57,880 nucleotides of DNA, taken from contig CANGYP010000002.1 of the NCBI GenBank assembly GCA_947458235.1, positions 1 through 57,880 on the forward strand, given 5' to 3'. The position numbers and the translations under genes are program-made. The notes under the pieces were generated by a model. It was not told the origin of the DNA. It ran no database searches and worked only from the letters and a program-made list of their open reading frames with translations. Of the stretch, positions 48,353-57,880 are shown one piece after another. The DNA is from Alphaproteobacteria bacterium. Its GTDB lineage: Bacteria; Pseudomonadota; Alphaproteobacteria; JAJTHO01; CANGYM01. The first letter of the stretch is position 1, and each line of letters opens with the position of its first letter.

Positions 48353-50674
48353 TTAACCATTCAGCATGGCTTTGGTGGTTTTGCGGGGGGATTTTTTGGT
48401 GGGGGGCGAGGGATGCAAACTGCCCTCCCCAATATCAAAGTGCAAACGATCCTCTTTCAGAACGATGCAAACGTTCCCGCCCTTAACCAACTTCCCAAAC
48501 AGCAGCTCTTCGGCCAAAGGTTTGCGAACATGATCCTGTATCACCCGCGCCAAAGGCCGCGCCCCATAATCGGGATCATACCCCTTGTTCGCCAGCCACG
48601 TACGGGCATCGTCGCTGATGTCGATGGTGACATCTTTATCGGTCAGCTGGGCCTCCAATTCCACGATAAACTTATCCACGATGGTTTCAACATGTTCCCG
48701 TCCCAGCTTTTTAAAAGAAATGATGGCATCCAAACGATTGCGGAACTCTGGGGTAAACAGACGGTTGATGGACTCTTTTTCATCCCCGCTTTGACGTTCT
48801 TGTTTAAAGCCCAAGGCACTTTTGGACAACAGATCCGCGCCCACGTTGCTGGTCATAATCACAATCACATTGTGAAAGGAAATGGCTTTGCCATTATGAT
48901 CCGTCAATTTGCCGTGATCCATCACCTGTAACAAAATGTTGAACAGATCGGGATGCGCTTTTTCAATTTCATCCAACAGCAAAACACAGTACGGATGTTG
49001 TTCGACTTTATCGGTCAGCAAGCCCCCCTGTTCAAACCCCACATACCCTGGGGGGGCCCCAATCAAGCGGGACAGGCTGTGTTTTTCCATATATTCGGAC
49101 ATGTCAAACCGCAGCAAGGGAATGTGCATCAAACTGGACAACTGCCGCGCCACCTCGGTTTTCCCAACGCCAGTGGGACCAGTGAACACATAACACCCGA
49201 TGGGTTTTTCTGGATCCCGCAAGCCCGCCCGCGATAATTTTAACGCCGCATCCAACTGATCGATGGCTTCGTTCTGGCCAAAAATCACGGTTTTTAAAGT
49301 ACTTTTCAGGAGATAGAGCATCTCCTTATCGGTCTTGCTGATGGTTTTTTCAGGAATACGGGCAATTTTGGCCACGATGGATTCAATATCCCGCCGCGCA
49401 ATAATTTTTTTTCTCTTCGAGGGGATTTGCAAATGCTGGGCTGCCCCCGCTTCATCCAACACATCAATGGCTTTATCCGGCAATTTCCGATCATTGATAT
49501 AGCGCACCGACAGAGTGACGGCGGCTTTTAGCGCATCCTGTGCGTATTTGACCTGATGATGGGCTTCGTAATAGGGCTTTAATCCCGTGATAATTTTTAG
49601 GGCATCGTCCTCTGAGGGTTCCGCCACATCAATTTTTTGAAAACGTCGCACGAGGGCGCGGTCTTTTTCAAAGTGCCCACGGAATTCTTTGTATGTTGTG
49701 GCCCCGATACAACGCAAGGTTCCACGAGCCAAGGCGGGTTTTAGCAGGTTCGACGCATCCATAGCCCCCCCACTGGTGGCCCCCGCCCCGATCAGGGTAT
49801 GAATTTCATCGATAAACAAAATGGCATTTTTCAGGCCCTCTAGGTAATGAATCAGATTTTTCAGGCGCTCTTCAAAATCCCCACGATAACGGGTACCAGC
49901 GAGCAAAGCGCCCATGTCCAAACTGTAAATTTCACAATCTTTTAAAACAGCGGGCACGGCACCTTCAACAATTTGACGGGCAAGGCCCTCGGCGATGGCC
50001 GTTTTCCCCACCCCTGGATCCCCCACCAGCAGGGGGTTGTTTTTCGTTCGACGACACAAAATCTGAATTGTGCGGGCAATTTCATCGGCGCGGCCGATGA
50101 TGGGATCAATTTTCCCCTCGGTGGCGCGTTGATTTAAGTTAATCAGATAGCTGCTTTGGTCGCGATTTTTCCCATCGGGCTCTTGCGTTTCTTTTTCAAC
50201 CCCACTTGTGGCCGTTGACGTCGGGGAACTGGTAGATTTTGCCCCCTTGGCAATGCCGTGGGAAATATAATTCACAGCATCAAAGCGGGACATATCCTGT
50301 TCTTGCAGGAAATACACGGCGTGGGATTCGCGTTCAGAAAATAACGCCACCAAAACGTTGGCCCCTGTGACTTCAGAACGCCCTGCCGATTGCACATGAA
50401 TCACCGCCCGCTGGATCACCCGCTGAAAGGCCGCCGTGGGCTTGGGGTCTTGGGGCATGGCGGTGACAAGGCTTTTGAGCTCTTTATCCAAATACTGGGA
50501 CAAAGCATAGGACAGCTTTTTGAGATCGACATTACAGGCTTTCATGACCGTAGAGGCCTCCCGATCATCCACCAGCGACAGCAACAGATGCTCTAACGTG
50601 GCGAATTCGTGGTTACGCTCCCCCGCCAGATCCAAAGCGCGGTGAAGGGTTTTTTCTAGGTTTGAGGATAACAT
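48353..50674 (-). CDS. clpA: ATP-dependent Clp protease ATP-binding subunit ClpA
   Basis: 773 aa with an N-domain and two AAA+ modules ([15 protein letters not shown] and [14 protein letters not shown]alker A motifs), directly downstream of clpS. Confidence 0.95.
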   Translation of the reverse strand: MLSSNLEKTLHRALDLAGERNHEFATLEHLLLSLVDDREASTVMKACNVDLKKLSYALSQYLDKELKSLVTAMPQDPKPTAAFQRVIQRAVIHVQSAGRSEVTGANVLVALFSERESHAVYFLQEQDMSRFDAVNYISHGIAKGAKSTSSPTSTATSGVEKETQEPDGKNRDQSSYLINLNQRATEGKIDPIIGRADEIARTIQILCRRTKNNPLLVGDPGVGKTAIAEGLARQIVEGAVPAVLKDCEIYSLDMGALLAGTRYRGDFEERLKNLIHYLEGLKNAILFIDEIHTLIGAGATSGGAMDASNLLKPALARGTLRCIGATTYKEFRGHFEKDRALVRRFQKIDVAEPSEDDALKIITGLKPYYEAHHQVKYAQDALKAAVTLSVRYINDRKLPDKAIDVLDEAGAAQHLQIPSKRKKIIARRDIESIVAKIARIPEKTISKTDKEMLYLLKSTLKTVIFGQNEAIDQLDAALKLSRAGLRDPEKPIGCYVFTGPTGVGKTEVARQLSSLMHIPLLRFDMSEYMEKHSLSRLIGAPPGYVGFEQGGLLTDKVEQHPYCVLLLDEIEKAHPDLFNILLQVMDHGKLTDHNGKAISFHNVIVIMTSNVGADLLSKSALGFKQERQSGDEKESINRLFTPEFRNRLDAIISFKKLGREHVETIVDKFIVELEAQLTDKDVTIDISDDARTWLANKGYDPDYGARPLARVIQDHVRKPLAEELLFGKLVKGGNVCIVLKEDRLHFDIGEGSLHPSPPTKKSPRKTTKAMLNG

Positions 50675-50676
50675 GC

Positions 50677-50997
50677 CTACGCCTTCTCAATCATACATTG
50701 CAAAGGATGCTGATGCTTTTGAACCACACGGCGCACCTGTGCCACCTTGGTTTCGGCAACCTCCAGCGTATAAACACCGCATGTTCCCGATCCTTTGGTA
50801 TGGATATCCAGCATAATTTTCGTTGCGTCCTCTAACGTTTTCCCAAAATAGGCTTGCAAAATATGGACCACGAAATCCATAGGCGTATAATCATCATTCA
50901 GCATCACCACCCGATACATCGAGGGACGCCGCAACCGAGGTGCGGCGCGTGTCCTGAGTTCCGTGTGGATTTCAGCGCTATGATCATTCAACGCCAT
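50677..50997 (-). CDS. clpS: ATP-dependent Clp protease adaptor ClpS
   Basis: 106 aa with the [21 protein letters not shown] core, typical of ClpS. Confidence 0.9.
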   Translation of the reverse strand: MALNDHSAEIHTELRTRAAPRLRRPSMYRVVMLNDDYTPMDFVVHILQAYFGKTLEDATKIMLDIHTKGSGTCGVYTLEVAETKVAQVRRVVQKHQHPLQCMIEKA

Positions 50998-51346
50998 ACT
51001 GCGAAAAACCCATCCTTAGGATTCAGTGTAGACGAAAAGAGTGAACAAAAGGTAGGCAGGATTCATTTTCTAAGATCCTCTCTCATCACAATCAGCCTTT
51101 GTGATCTATTAACCTCGTGATTAAGTCACGTGCACGCATCATTCCGCATCTCTTTCAGTCACTGTGGCGTATTTTGCTAAGAAAGCAAGAGGAAAGTGTA
51201 TGGGGATCAGGGGTGCTGGACAAGGGCGTGTCATCATTCGCTCAAAAGCGACTTTTCCCGTATGCTGGGCTGCGAATCCTGCCAAAAACAGCCATACCAA
51301 TTCACTTTCAAAACCATAAAAATTCCCCCATGTTTTTGAAAAAATT

Positions 51347-51456
51347 CCCTCTCCCGCTTGCGGGGGAGGGTTAGGGAGGGGGTCTTTTGCATTATTTTTC
51401 AGAACATTATTCTTATTGCAGCCCCCTCTCCCCAACCCCCCGACGGAGAGAGGGGG
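51347..51456. repeat. pair of GC-rich hairpins separated by an AT-rich spacer
   Basis: CCCTCTCCCGC-TT-GCGGGGGAGGG (51347-51370) and CCCCCTCTCC-N13-GGAGAGAGGGGG (51422-51456). AGGGAGGGGG and CCCCCTCTCC also form an outer inverted repeat around a 38-nt AT-rich spacer. Confidence 0.5.
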
Positions 51457-51558
51457 TTCTTGATTGTGCTTTGGTATGATTGTGCCATGCCACCCTCCTC
51501 ATCCCCCTAGCCTCCACCGCAAACTTTGCTATGATACCGTTCTTTGGGAAAGGTATTT

Positions 51559-53319
51559 ATGGCTGTATTGGATGAATCGCTGTCATTGACGGGCCGTGTG
51601 TGGTCCTTTAAACCGTTTTCGGATCGCACGGCCTTAGCCCTGTCCCAGCAGCATGGTGTTCACGAGGTTGTGGGGAAACTGATGGCCATTCGGGGCATAG
51701 ATCTGAACACGGCGGAGGGGTTTTTGAATCCACGGCTAAAGGATATGTTGCCCGATCCCTTTCACCTGATAGACATGGACCGCGCCGTGGATCGGATGGT
51801 GGCGGCCCTCCTCAACGGGGAATCGGTGGCGGTGTTTGGGGATTATGATGTGGATGGGGCCACCTCATCGGCATTGTTGAAGCGGTATATGGCCATGCTG
51901 GGGCGGCCCCTGCGGGTATACATTCCCGATCGCATGGCGGAGGGGTATGGGCCCAACCGCGGGGCCTTTGATAAGCTCAAAGCCCAAGGGGTCAAACTGG
52001 TTATTACGGTGGATTGCGGCATTGTGGCCCATGATGCGCTGGGCTATGCGCGGGATCTGGGGCTAGATGTTGTGGTCATTGATCATCATGTTGGGGAAAG
52101 TGCCGTGCCCCCCGCCGTGGCGGTGGTGAACCCCAACCGTTTGGATGAAACCAGCCCCTGCGGCCATCTGGCGGCAGTGGGGGTGACGTTTTTGTTTCTG
52201 GTGGCTTTGAATCAAACCCTGAAACAACAGGGCTTTTTTGAAACCCAGCCCGAGCCCAATTTGCTGTTGCTACTGGATATTGTGGCCCTAGGTACGGTGT
52301 GTGATGTGGTGCCGCTGCACGGGGTGAATCGCGCCTTTGTGGCGCAGGGCTTAAAGGTTCTGGGGCGGCGCATGAATACGGGGCTAAAGGTTCTCTCTGA
52401 TGTGGCGCGTCTGGACGAAGCCCCCAGCCCCTATCATCTGGGCTTTATTCTGGGGCCCCATATCAACGCTGGGGGGCGTGTGGGGCAATCGGACATGGGG
52501 ACAAAATTGCTGAGCTGTGACGATGCACAGGAGGCCCTGCTGTACGCCCAAGCCCTCGCCCTGCACAACAGCGAACGCAAGGCTATTGAGGCCGATATTC
52601 TGGATCAAGCCATTCGTCAGGCCGAGGGCAGCACAGGCAGCGTGATTTGGGTTTACGGCCCCAGCTGGCATCCGGGGGTGATTGGGATTGTGGCCAGCCG
52701 TTTGAAAGATCGCTATCACAAACCGGCCATTGTCTTGGCAGGGGATGGCAAGGGCGTGGCCAAGGCATCCTGTCGGTCCGTTCGCGGGGTGCATTTGGGG
52801 CAAATGATTCTGGCAGCGCGGCAAGAGGGGATTCTGCTGGCTGGCGGTGGCCACGCCATGGCAGGGGGCTTTAGTGTTTCAGAAAACGATCTATCGCAGG
52901 CACAGGCCTTTTTTGAATCCCGCATTGGTGATGTGATTGCGCGGGATAACATTCGCCCGCTGTTGGATTTGGATTTGTCCTTGCCCTTAACCGCGGCCAA
53001 CGTGGGCCTGCTGGAGCAGATGGAGCGTTTATCCCCCTTTGGCGTTGGGAATCCCCAGCCCCGTTTTGCTTTTTCTAATGTCATTGTCTCCTTTGCCGAT
53101 GTGGTGGGGGGGGCGCATGTGCGGTGCCAACTGAAAGACCCAGCCCGATCATGGTCATCCAAGGCCATTGCCTTTCGTTGCGCCGATCATCCCATGGGAC
53201 AGGCCCTGCTGAATCATCGCGGCAAGCCCCTGTCGGTGGCTGGTACTCTGAAAAAAGACACATGGGGCCAAACCCCCAGCGTTCAGGTGATTATTGAGGA
53301 TATTCAACGTGTGCCTTAA
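51559..53319 (+). CDS. recJ: single-stranded-DNA-specific exonuclease RecJ
   Basis: DHH family motifs (VFGDYDVDGATS, VITVDCG, VVVIDHH) and DHHA1 GGGHAMAGG. ATG at 51559 is preceded by GGAAAGG (the track start at 51544 is TTG). Confidence 0.9.
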   Translation: MAVLDESLSLTGRVWSFKPFSDRTALALSQQHGVHEVVGKLMAIRGIDLNTAEGFLNPRLKDMLPDPFHLIDMDRAVDRMVAALLNGESVAVFGDYDVDGATSSALLKRYMAMLGRPLRVYIPDRMAEGYGPNRGAFDKLKAQGVKLVITVDCGIVAHDALGYARDLGLDVVVIDHHVGESAVPPAVAVVNPNRLDETSPCGHLAAVGVTFLFLVALNQTLKQQGFFETQPEPNLLLLLDIVALGTVCDVVPLHGVNRAFVAQGLKVLGRRMNTGLKVLSDVARLDEAPSPYHLGFILGPHINAGGRVGQSDMGTKLLSCDDAQEALLYAQALALHNSERKAIEADILDQAIRQAEGSTGSVIWVYGPSWHPGVIGIVASRLKDRYHKPAIVLAGDGKGVAKASCRSVRGVHLGQMILAARQEGILLAGGGHAMAGGFSVSENDLSQAQAFFESRIGDVIARDNIRPLLDLDLSLPLTAANVGLLEQMERLSPFGVGNPQPRFAFSNVIVSFADVVGGAHVRCQLKDPARSWSSKAIAFRCADHPMGQALLNHRGKPLSVAGTLKKDTWGQTPSVQVIIEDIQRVP

Positions 53320-53911
53320 TCAGCACATGCGCTTCGTGTCCGGGATCATCGGGATGATCCCGCAGATGAAAGGCCAAGATATCATGGGCCAGTGCCGTCG
53401 AATCATGATAATAAATAGCTCTGTTTTGGGCAAACATGGCCGCTGTTAAGGTATCGCCCTTGCGGGGGACAATGTTATCAATGACCAGAATGCCTTGCTC
53501 CCCTTGCCGGACCAAGGTTATCAACACATGGTGATCCGAAGATTCTAACAGCATGTGGGCGGGTTCAATATAAACGCGCCCCCCCAGCGGCACATGCACA
53601 GCCTTTTTGATATGGGCGATGCTTTGTTTGTGGCGATTCAAGGCCTCTTGCACATCCTGCAGGAAACTCAAACTGGCTTTACGACATAAAGATAAAATGG
53701 CCAGAGGCGATATTTCCACATTGCCCTTTCCCACCAACACGGCGGGGGGATTCATGCGGTAATAATTCTCTAACCATATGGCCTTTTGGCCGTTTTCATC
53801 CACCGCAAACAAATCATGATTGTGTATAAAAAAACGGGACGAGAGCAAGTCCGATAACCCATCCATGGATAACCGTCCCTGCTGTTGACACGCAATCACC
53901 TTAACGTCCAT
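53291..53911 (-). CDS. hypothetical protein
   Basis: 206-aa intact ORF with an ATG start and no signal peptide; I recognise no motif. Its 3' end overlaps the recJ 3' end by 29 nt. Confidence 0.4.
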   Translation of the reverse strand: MDVKVIACQQQGRLSMDGLSDLLSSRFFIHNHDLFAVDENGQKAIWLENYYRMNPPAVLVGKGNVEISPLAILSLCRKASLSFLQDVQEALNRHKQSIAHIKKAVHVPLGGRVYIEPAHMLLESSDHHVLITLVRQGEQGILVIDNIVPRKGDTLTAAMFAQNRAIYYHDSTALAHDILAFHLRDHPDDPGHEAHVLIKAHVEYPQ

Positions 53912-54092
53912 GATGGATACCGTTTTTCCTGCAAGATTATGATCGTTTTCCTTTGACTATAGCGGGGAGTCTTTAAAGAAAACGTAAATCGCCCCCCCTT
54001 ACCCACCATTTTTGCTTGTTCCCCAAGGGCCTAAGATTACAGGGGGTTATCATCTGGCCTTTGCAAAATAAAGATTTTACAACGATCTATTC

Positions 54093-55272
54093 CTATTTGG
54101 AATGATCCTCGGAATGGACAAGTCTTTGTATTTGTATTTGTTGTGACATTACCGAGGGGGTGATCGATGTGACTTGACCACTTATGTCCAAAAACGCAGG
54201 GACGCCATTAAAATCACCCTTCTGCTCCACAGGGCTCACCGTTCCTACTGGGTATGGGGTTGCTTGGGGTGTATATCCCCCTCGCCCCAATTGGACGGTG
54301 ACAGAAACGCCGCCGTTCTGGGGGACAAAAAACACTCCACCCGTTGTAGAATTATCTGTGCCGCTTTTGGCAGCGCCTTGGGCGTTGCCTTGGGCGTTCC
54401 GAAGGCTGGGGCTTGTCACGCCGTGATCTGTTAGCCATCCAACGAATGCCGTGCTGGTATTGGCAACTTGCCAAAGGGCTTTTGTATACTCAGCGACATC
54501 AACATGTCCCTGGCGAGACGGTAAACGTTTTCCCGTTTGGGCATTAAGACACAACTCAGATATGCGTGCGACGGGGTAAGGGCCCGATCCCCCTTCCACA
54601 CCATCGGGATGTCCTGAACCGTTAAATATCAAAACTTTTGATAGGTTTATGGTGGTATTCCTTAAAAGAAATCCTTGCAAGTTATGCCCAGCTTGGGCTG
54701 CAATATTTTCAAAGGACTTGGGTAAGGGTTTGTTAGGTCGATAGGCAGCAAGAATCTCTGCGAGCCCATTATCAGACGTTTCCCAAGTATGTTTTATCAA
54801 GTCACCCCATGTCGCGGCTTTGTTATCATTAAAAAATGATGAACCTCGGGCTTTGGCGGCAGCAATAACCTCTGGGGGAACGGGGTTATCAAGATTTTCC
54901 GTTTTTCCCCCTAAAACATCTTGGAAAACGCGAAACATTGTCAGGGCTTTTACAGTCGAGGCCGCCGTGTGATTGGATGGGATATTCCCTGCGGGCACGG
55001 ACGCAGATATTGCCCCGTTTTCGTTGATGCGTACCGTAACGGGTTGGGTGCTTATTGGGGGGGGGGGGGGGGGTGATGGTTGCAGCCGAGCAATACGGGG
55101 TGTTGCTAATCCGAGCGTTGATCTCCTGAGCATCTTTTATGACTGCGATCAGGGTTGAGATGGTGGGGTCAGTTGAAGACAGTATAGGGTTGGCTAAAGG
55201 AAGGATATTCCCTGTGGTCATAAGTTGCGCACCCCAAAACAATGAGGCGGCGGAGGATACGATAAGACTCAT
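54093..55272 (-). pseudogene. class A beta-lactamase-like serine hydrolase, reading frame broken at a poly-C(17) tract (phase-OFF state, pseudogene or assembly error)
   Basis: The downstream frame (54093-55133) carries SxxK (AASTVKAL), SDN (TSDNGLAEIL), an E-x3-N omega-loop-like motif (SELCLN) and KSG (AAKSGTD). The upstream frame (55272 down to the tract) supplies a hydrophobic N-terminus (MSLIVSSAASLFWGAQLM) and starts 17 nt after the protease stop. The two frames meet in the C17 tract, and both read poly-Pro across it. Confidence 0.6.
55057..55073. repeat. homopolymeric tract G17 (C17 on the coding strand)
   Basis: Counted directly: 17 consecutive G at 55057-55073. It encodes PPPPP(P) in both open frames. 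Confidence 0.95.
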
Positions 55273-55289
55273 AACCCAGACCCCCCCCC

Positions 55290-56282
55290 TTATCGTCTCA
55301 ACTGCACCAAAATCGGGGGCGTTAGGGCGGCGTTGGGGGTGTCCTCCATCATCACCTGATGGATGCGATTGATGGCGTCTTGGTTTAATTTAACGCCCAC
55401 ACCCCAAGTGTCGCCGTTTTGCCATTCCCGCTGGCTGGAAATCACGCCCACCATAGCAAAGGTATCATACAGGGGATCATAGGCGAATATGGGACCGCCC
55501 GAAGTCCCCTCGAACGATAGGGCGCCATGTTCAAACTGATTGCCTTTGCCTGGGGATTCGGCGTTGCGATAGGTCAGGGTTGTGCTGCGATAAAGTTTTC
55601 CATCTTCGCCCAAGGGGGGCTTGACGGGATACCCCGAAACGGTTAGGGCCATGGCAGAGCGCACATCGCTGGGATGAAAATGGGCATCCGTCACCAAGGC
55701 CACGGGGACGCTGCCCCACTTGGTCCAAAAGGCCTCGCCGTAGGGGGCCGATTCCAAGTGCACGAGCGCCACATCTTCGTTGTTATCAAGGGCCGGCCCC
55801 GAAGAGTTCATATATTCCACAGAGGCAATCCCCACAGGGGGATAGGGAATGTTGGATCCGTTGCGGGCGGCAAAAAATTTGCCGTCTTGGTAATAGCCCT
55901 GACCCGCATCATAAAAACAATGGGCGGCGGTTAACACCACCTTGGGGGCGATCATGGTGCCCGTACATCCATTGTATTGGCCCATGCCAAAGCGAATTTG
56001 CAGCTGTCCCACATACATCCATGGATAGGCCAAGGTATCTGCCACGGGCTCCATTGCGGGGGTCTTGGGGGCGGCATCTCCCTGCAACACGGGGCCCATA
56101 TCGCCGTAACGGGCTTGATCTTGATAGCCTTCCCCAGCCCGTTGATAGGTGCTGAGCAAAGCATAACGCAGAGCATCGTCCAAACGAATCGACAGGGGCT
56201 TGGTCTCGCCGGCCAGCGCAAAAGCCCCTTGCGTCACAACACAAAGCACCGTAAAAAAAAGACTCTTAAAAAAAGGGCGCAT
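55290..56282 (-). CDS. secreted trypsin-like serine protease (S1 family)
   Basis: Signal peptide MRPFFKSLFFTVLCVVTQGAFALAG and catalytic triad contexts VLTAAHC (His), NEDVALVHL (Asp) and EGTSGGPIF (Ser). Confidence 0.8.
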   Translation of the reverse strand: MRPFFKSLFFTVLCVVTQGAFALAGETKPLSIRLDDALRYALLSTYQRAGEGYQDQARYGDMGPVLQGDAAPKTPAMEPVADTLAYPWMYVGQLQIRFGMGQYNGCTGTMIAPKVVLTAAHCFYDAGQGYYQDGKFFAARNGSNIPYPPVGIASVEYMNSSGPALDNNEDVALVHLESAPYGEAFWTKWGSVPVALVTDAHFHPSDVRSAMALTVSGYPVKPPLGEDGKLYRSTTLTYRNAESPGKGNQFEHGALSFEGTSGGPIFAYDPLYDTFAMVGVISSQREWQNGDTWGVGVKLNQDAINRIHQVMMEDTPNAALTPPILVQLRR

Positions 56283-56349
56283 ACCAAAACATGGTTTTTG
56301 TTTCCCCTTCAGAGTATGTGATGTTTATTTAAAAAGCAAGGATTTTTCC

Positions 56350-57030
56350 ATGCCCCTTATCCTCTTGCGTCATGGTCAAAGTGTTTGGAATCTGGAAAAC
56401 CGCTTTACGGGCTGGGTGGATGTGGATTTAACGGATCAGGGAAAAGCTGAGGCTGTTAGTGCTGGAGAAACCCTGAAATCGGCAGGTCTGATGCCGGATG
56501 TTGTGTTTGTGTCCCCGCTGAAGCGGGCCAAGGAAACGTGCCAGCGGGTGCTGTCCGCCTTAGGGTGTTCCGTGACCCCCCAAGAGTCGCCAGAAATGAT
56601 CGAGCGGTTTTATGGGGCCCTGACAGGATTAAACAAAGAAGAAACCGCCGAAGCTCACGGCGCGGATCAAGTGCACATCTGGCGCCGCAGTTACGATCAG
56701 GCCCCGCCCGCTTTGCTGGAAAACCATGATCATCACCCTGCGAACAATCCGTTGTTTCAGAATTTTCCCTTTCGTTTGCCCGCCACAGAAAGCCTGAAAG
56801 ATGTGGTGGGGCGGGTGGATCCTTTTTATCGCAACATTCTTTCCCCTCTGCTGAATCAAAACAAAACGGTGTTGATTGTGGCCCATGGCAACAGCATTCG
56901 GGCGTTGATTAAACTGATGGCGGGTTTGTCGGATCCACAGATTGAATCCGTGGAAATCCCCACGGGTCGCCCTGTGATTTTGACGCCAGAGGGGCAACAT
57001 TGGCATTATAAAATTTTGTCTTCCTCATGA
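56350..57030 (+). CDS. gpmA: 2,3-bisphosphoglycerate-dependent phosphoglycerate mutase
   Basis: 226 aa from the ATG at 56350 with [32 protein letters not shown] and [11 protein letters not shown]. Confidence 0.9.
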   Translation: MPLILLRHGQSVWNLENRFTGWVDVDLTDQGKAEAVSAGETLKSAGLMPDVVFVSPLKRAKETCQRVLSALGCSVTPQESPEMIERFYGALTGLNKEETAEAHGADQVHIWRRSYDQAPPALLENHDHHPANNPLFQNFPFRLPATESLKDVVGRVDPFYRNILSPLLNQNKTVLIVAHGNSIRALIKLMAGLSDPQIESVEIPTGRPVILTPEGQHWHYKILSSS

Positions 57031-57880
57031 CGCTGGCTTTTCAAGACATCATTCTGACGTTGCAGCAATTCTGGTCGCGCCAAGGGTGTGTGTTGTTGCA
57101 ACCCTATGACAAAGAAATGGGGGCGGGCACGTTTCATCCGGCCACGGCCCTGAAATGCTTGGGGCCAGATCCATGGTACGCCGCGTATCCTCAGCCCTGT
57201 CGCCGCCCCACGGACGGCCGCTATGGCAACAATCCCAACCGATTGCAGCATTACTATCAATTTCAGGTGATTTTAAAACCCAGTCCTGACCATGTTCAGG
57301 CGTTGTATCTGTCCAGTCTGGATGCCATCGGGTTATCCCTGAACGATCACGACATTCGCTTTGTTGAGGATGATTGGGAAAGCCCCACCCTAGGCGCGGC
57401 AGGATTGGGGTGGGAGGTCTGGTGTGACGGCATGGAAATCACCCAGTTTACCTATTTTCAGCAAATGGGGGGTATTCCCTGTTCCCCTGTTTCGGTGGAG
57501 TTGACCTATGGCCTAGAGCGTCTGGCCATGTACATTCAGGGCCGCGAAAATGTTTATGATCTGGCGTTTAATGATCCCGCATCCCGTTACCCCATGACCT
57601 ACGGCGATGTGTTTCTGGCCAACGAACAACAGCAATCGGCGTATAATTTTGAGGCCGCGGATCCCACAGCCCTAAAACACGCCTTTGAAACGGCAGAAAA
57701 GGAATGCCCCCGTCTGCTCGGGCTGGGATTGATCTTGCCCGCCTATGAACAGGCCATTGGGGCCAGCCATTTGTTTAACCTGATGGATGCGCGGGGCATG
57801 ATTGGGGTGAATGAACGCGCCCGCACCATTGGCCGCATTCGGGCCTTGGCCAAGGCCTGCTGCGAGGCCTATACAGCACA
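57027..57880 (+). CDS. glyQ: glycine--tRNA ligase alpha subunit (partial, runs off the window end)
   Basis: Absent from the ORF track because there is no stop in the window. My translation from the ATG at 57027 ([40 protein letters not shown]...[23 protein letters not shown]...) is colinear with E. coli GlyQ. ATGA overlap with the gpmA stop. Confidence 0.9.
   Translation, partial: MTLAFQDIILTLQQFWSRQGCVLLQPYDKEMGAGTFHPATALKCLGPDPWYAAYPQPCRRPTDGRYGNNPNRLQHYYQFQVILKPSPDHVQALYLSSLDAIGLSLNDHDIRFVEDDWESPTLGAAGLGWEVWCDGMEITQFTYFQQMGGIPCSPVSVELTYGLERLAMYIQGRENVYDLAFNDPASRYPMTYGDVFLANEQQQSAYNFEAADPTALKHAFETAEKECPRLLGLGLILPAYEQAIGASHLFNLMDARGMIGVNERARTIGRIRALAKACCEAYTA

Noticed and set aside
51117-51435. 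85-aa (+) and 98-aa (-) ORFs in the clpS-recJ spacer
   Set aside because: They read through the GC-rich hairpin repeats (PLPLAGEG-type peptides), which is a typical repeat-translation artefact.
1-57880. Scan of the whole window for CRISPR arrays, transposase, integrase or phage genes, toxin-antitoxin pairs and known defence-system genes
   Set aside because: I found no regularly spaced direct repeats and no ORF with recognisable transposase, integrase, Cas, restriction, nuclease-NTPase or TA motifs. The only repeats are the palindromic and hairpin elements reported above.

Overview
All calls come from reading the translations and sequence by eye; no searches were run. The window looks like an alphaproteobacterial chromosome segment. 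Supporting features are the fused ispDF, the petABC bc1 operon, metX beside a chorismate-mutase-family gene, a DUF721/DciA gene, and a 23S rRNA 5' end with no 16S or spacer tRNAs upstream. About 85% is housekeeping: dusA, aat, glnA, grpE, a solitary nuoD, a truncated dcw block (ftsI-murE-murF), metX, ubiG, pgm, pepA, pstSCAB, anmK, purB, petABC, murJ-trpC, holC, an LplT-PlsC-Aas triple fusion, dsbD-like, trpG/pabA, ispDF, rodA-mrdA-mreDC (no mreB), clpSA, recJ, gpmA and a partial glyQ that the ORF track misses. Classical operons are scattered and MITE-like palindromic repeats are present, which suggests a host-associated (Rickettsiales/Holosporales-like) lineage; this is inference only. Two things stand out. 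First, a low-GC island (39.4-41.9 kb) encodes a 793-aa protein whose only recognisable part is a C-terminal LOG/SLOG domain (PGGxGTxxE), transcribed divergently from a MarR-type regulator. Second, a lower-GC three-gene cluster (53.3-56.3 kb) encodes a secreted S1 protease, a class-A beta-lactamase-like hydrolase split by a 17-nt poly-C tract (phase variation or assembly error), and an unknown protein. I found no CRISPR arrays, tRNAs, transposases, integrases or recognisable defence systems.
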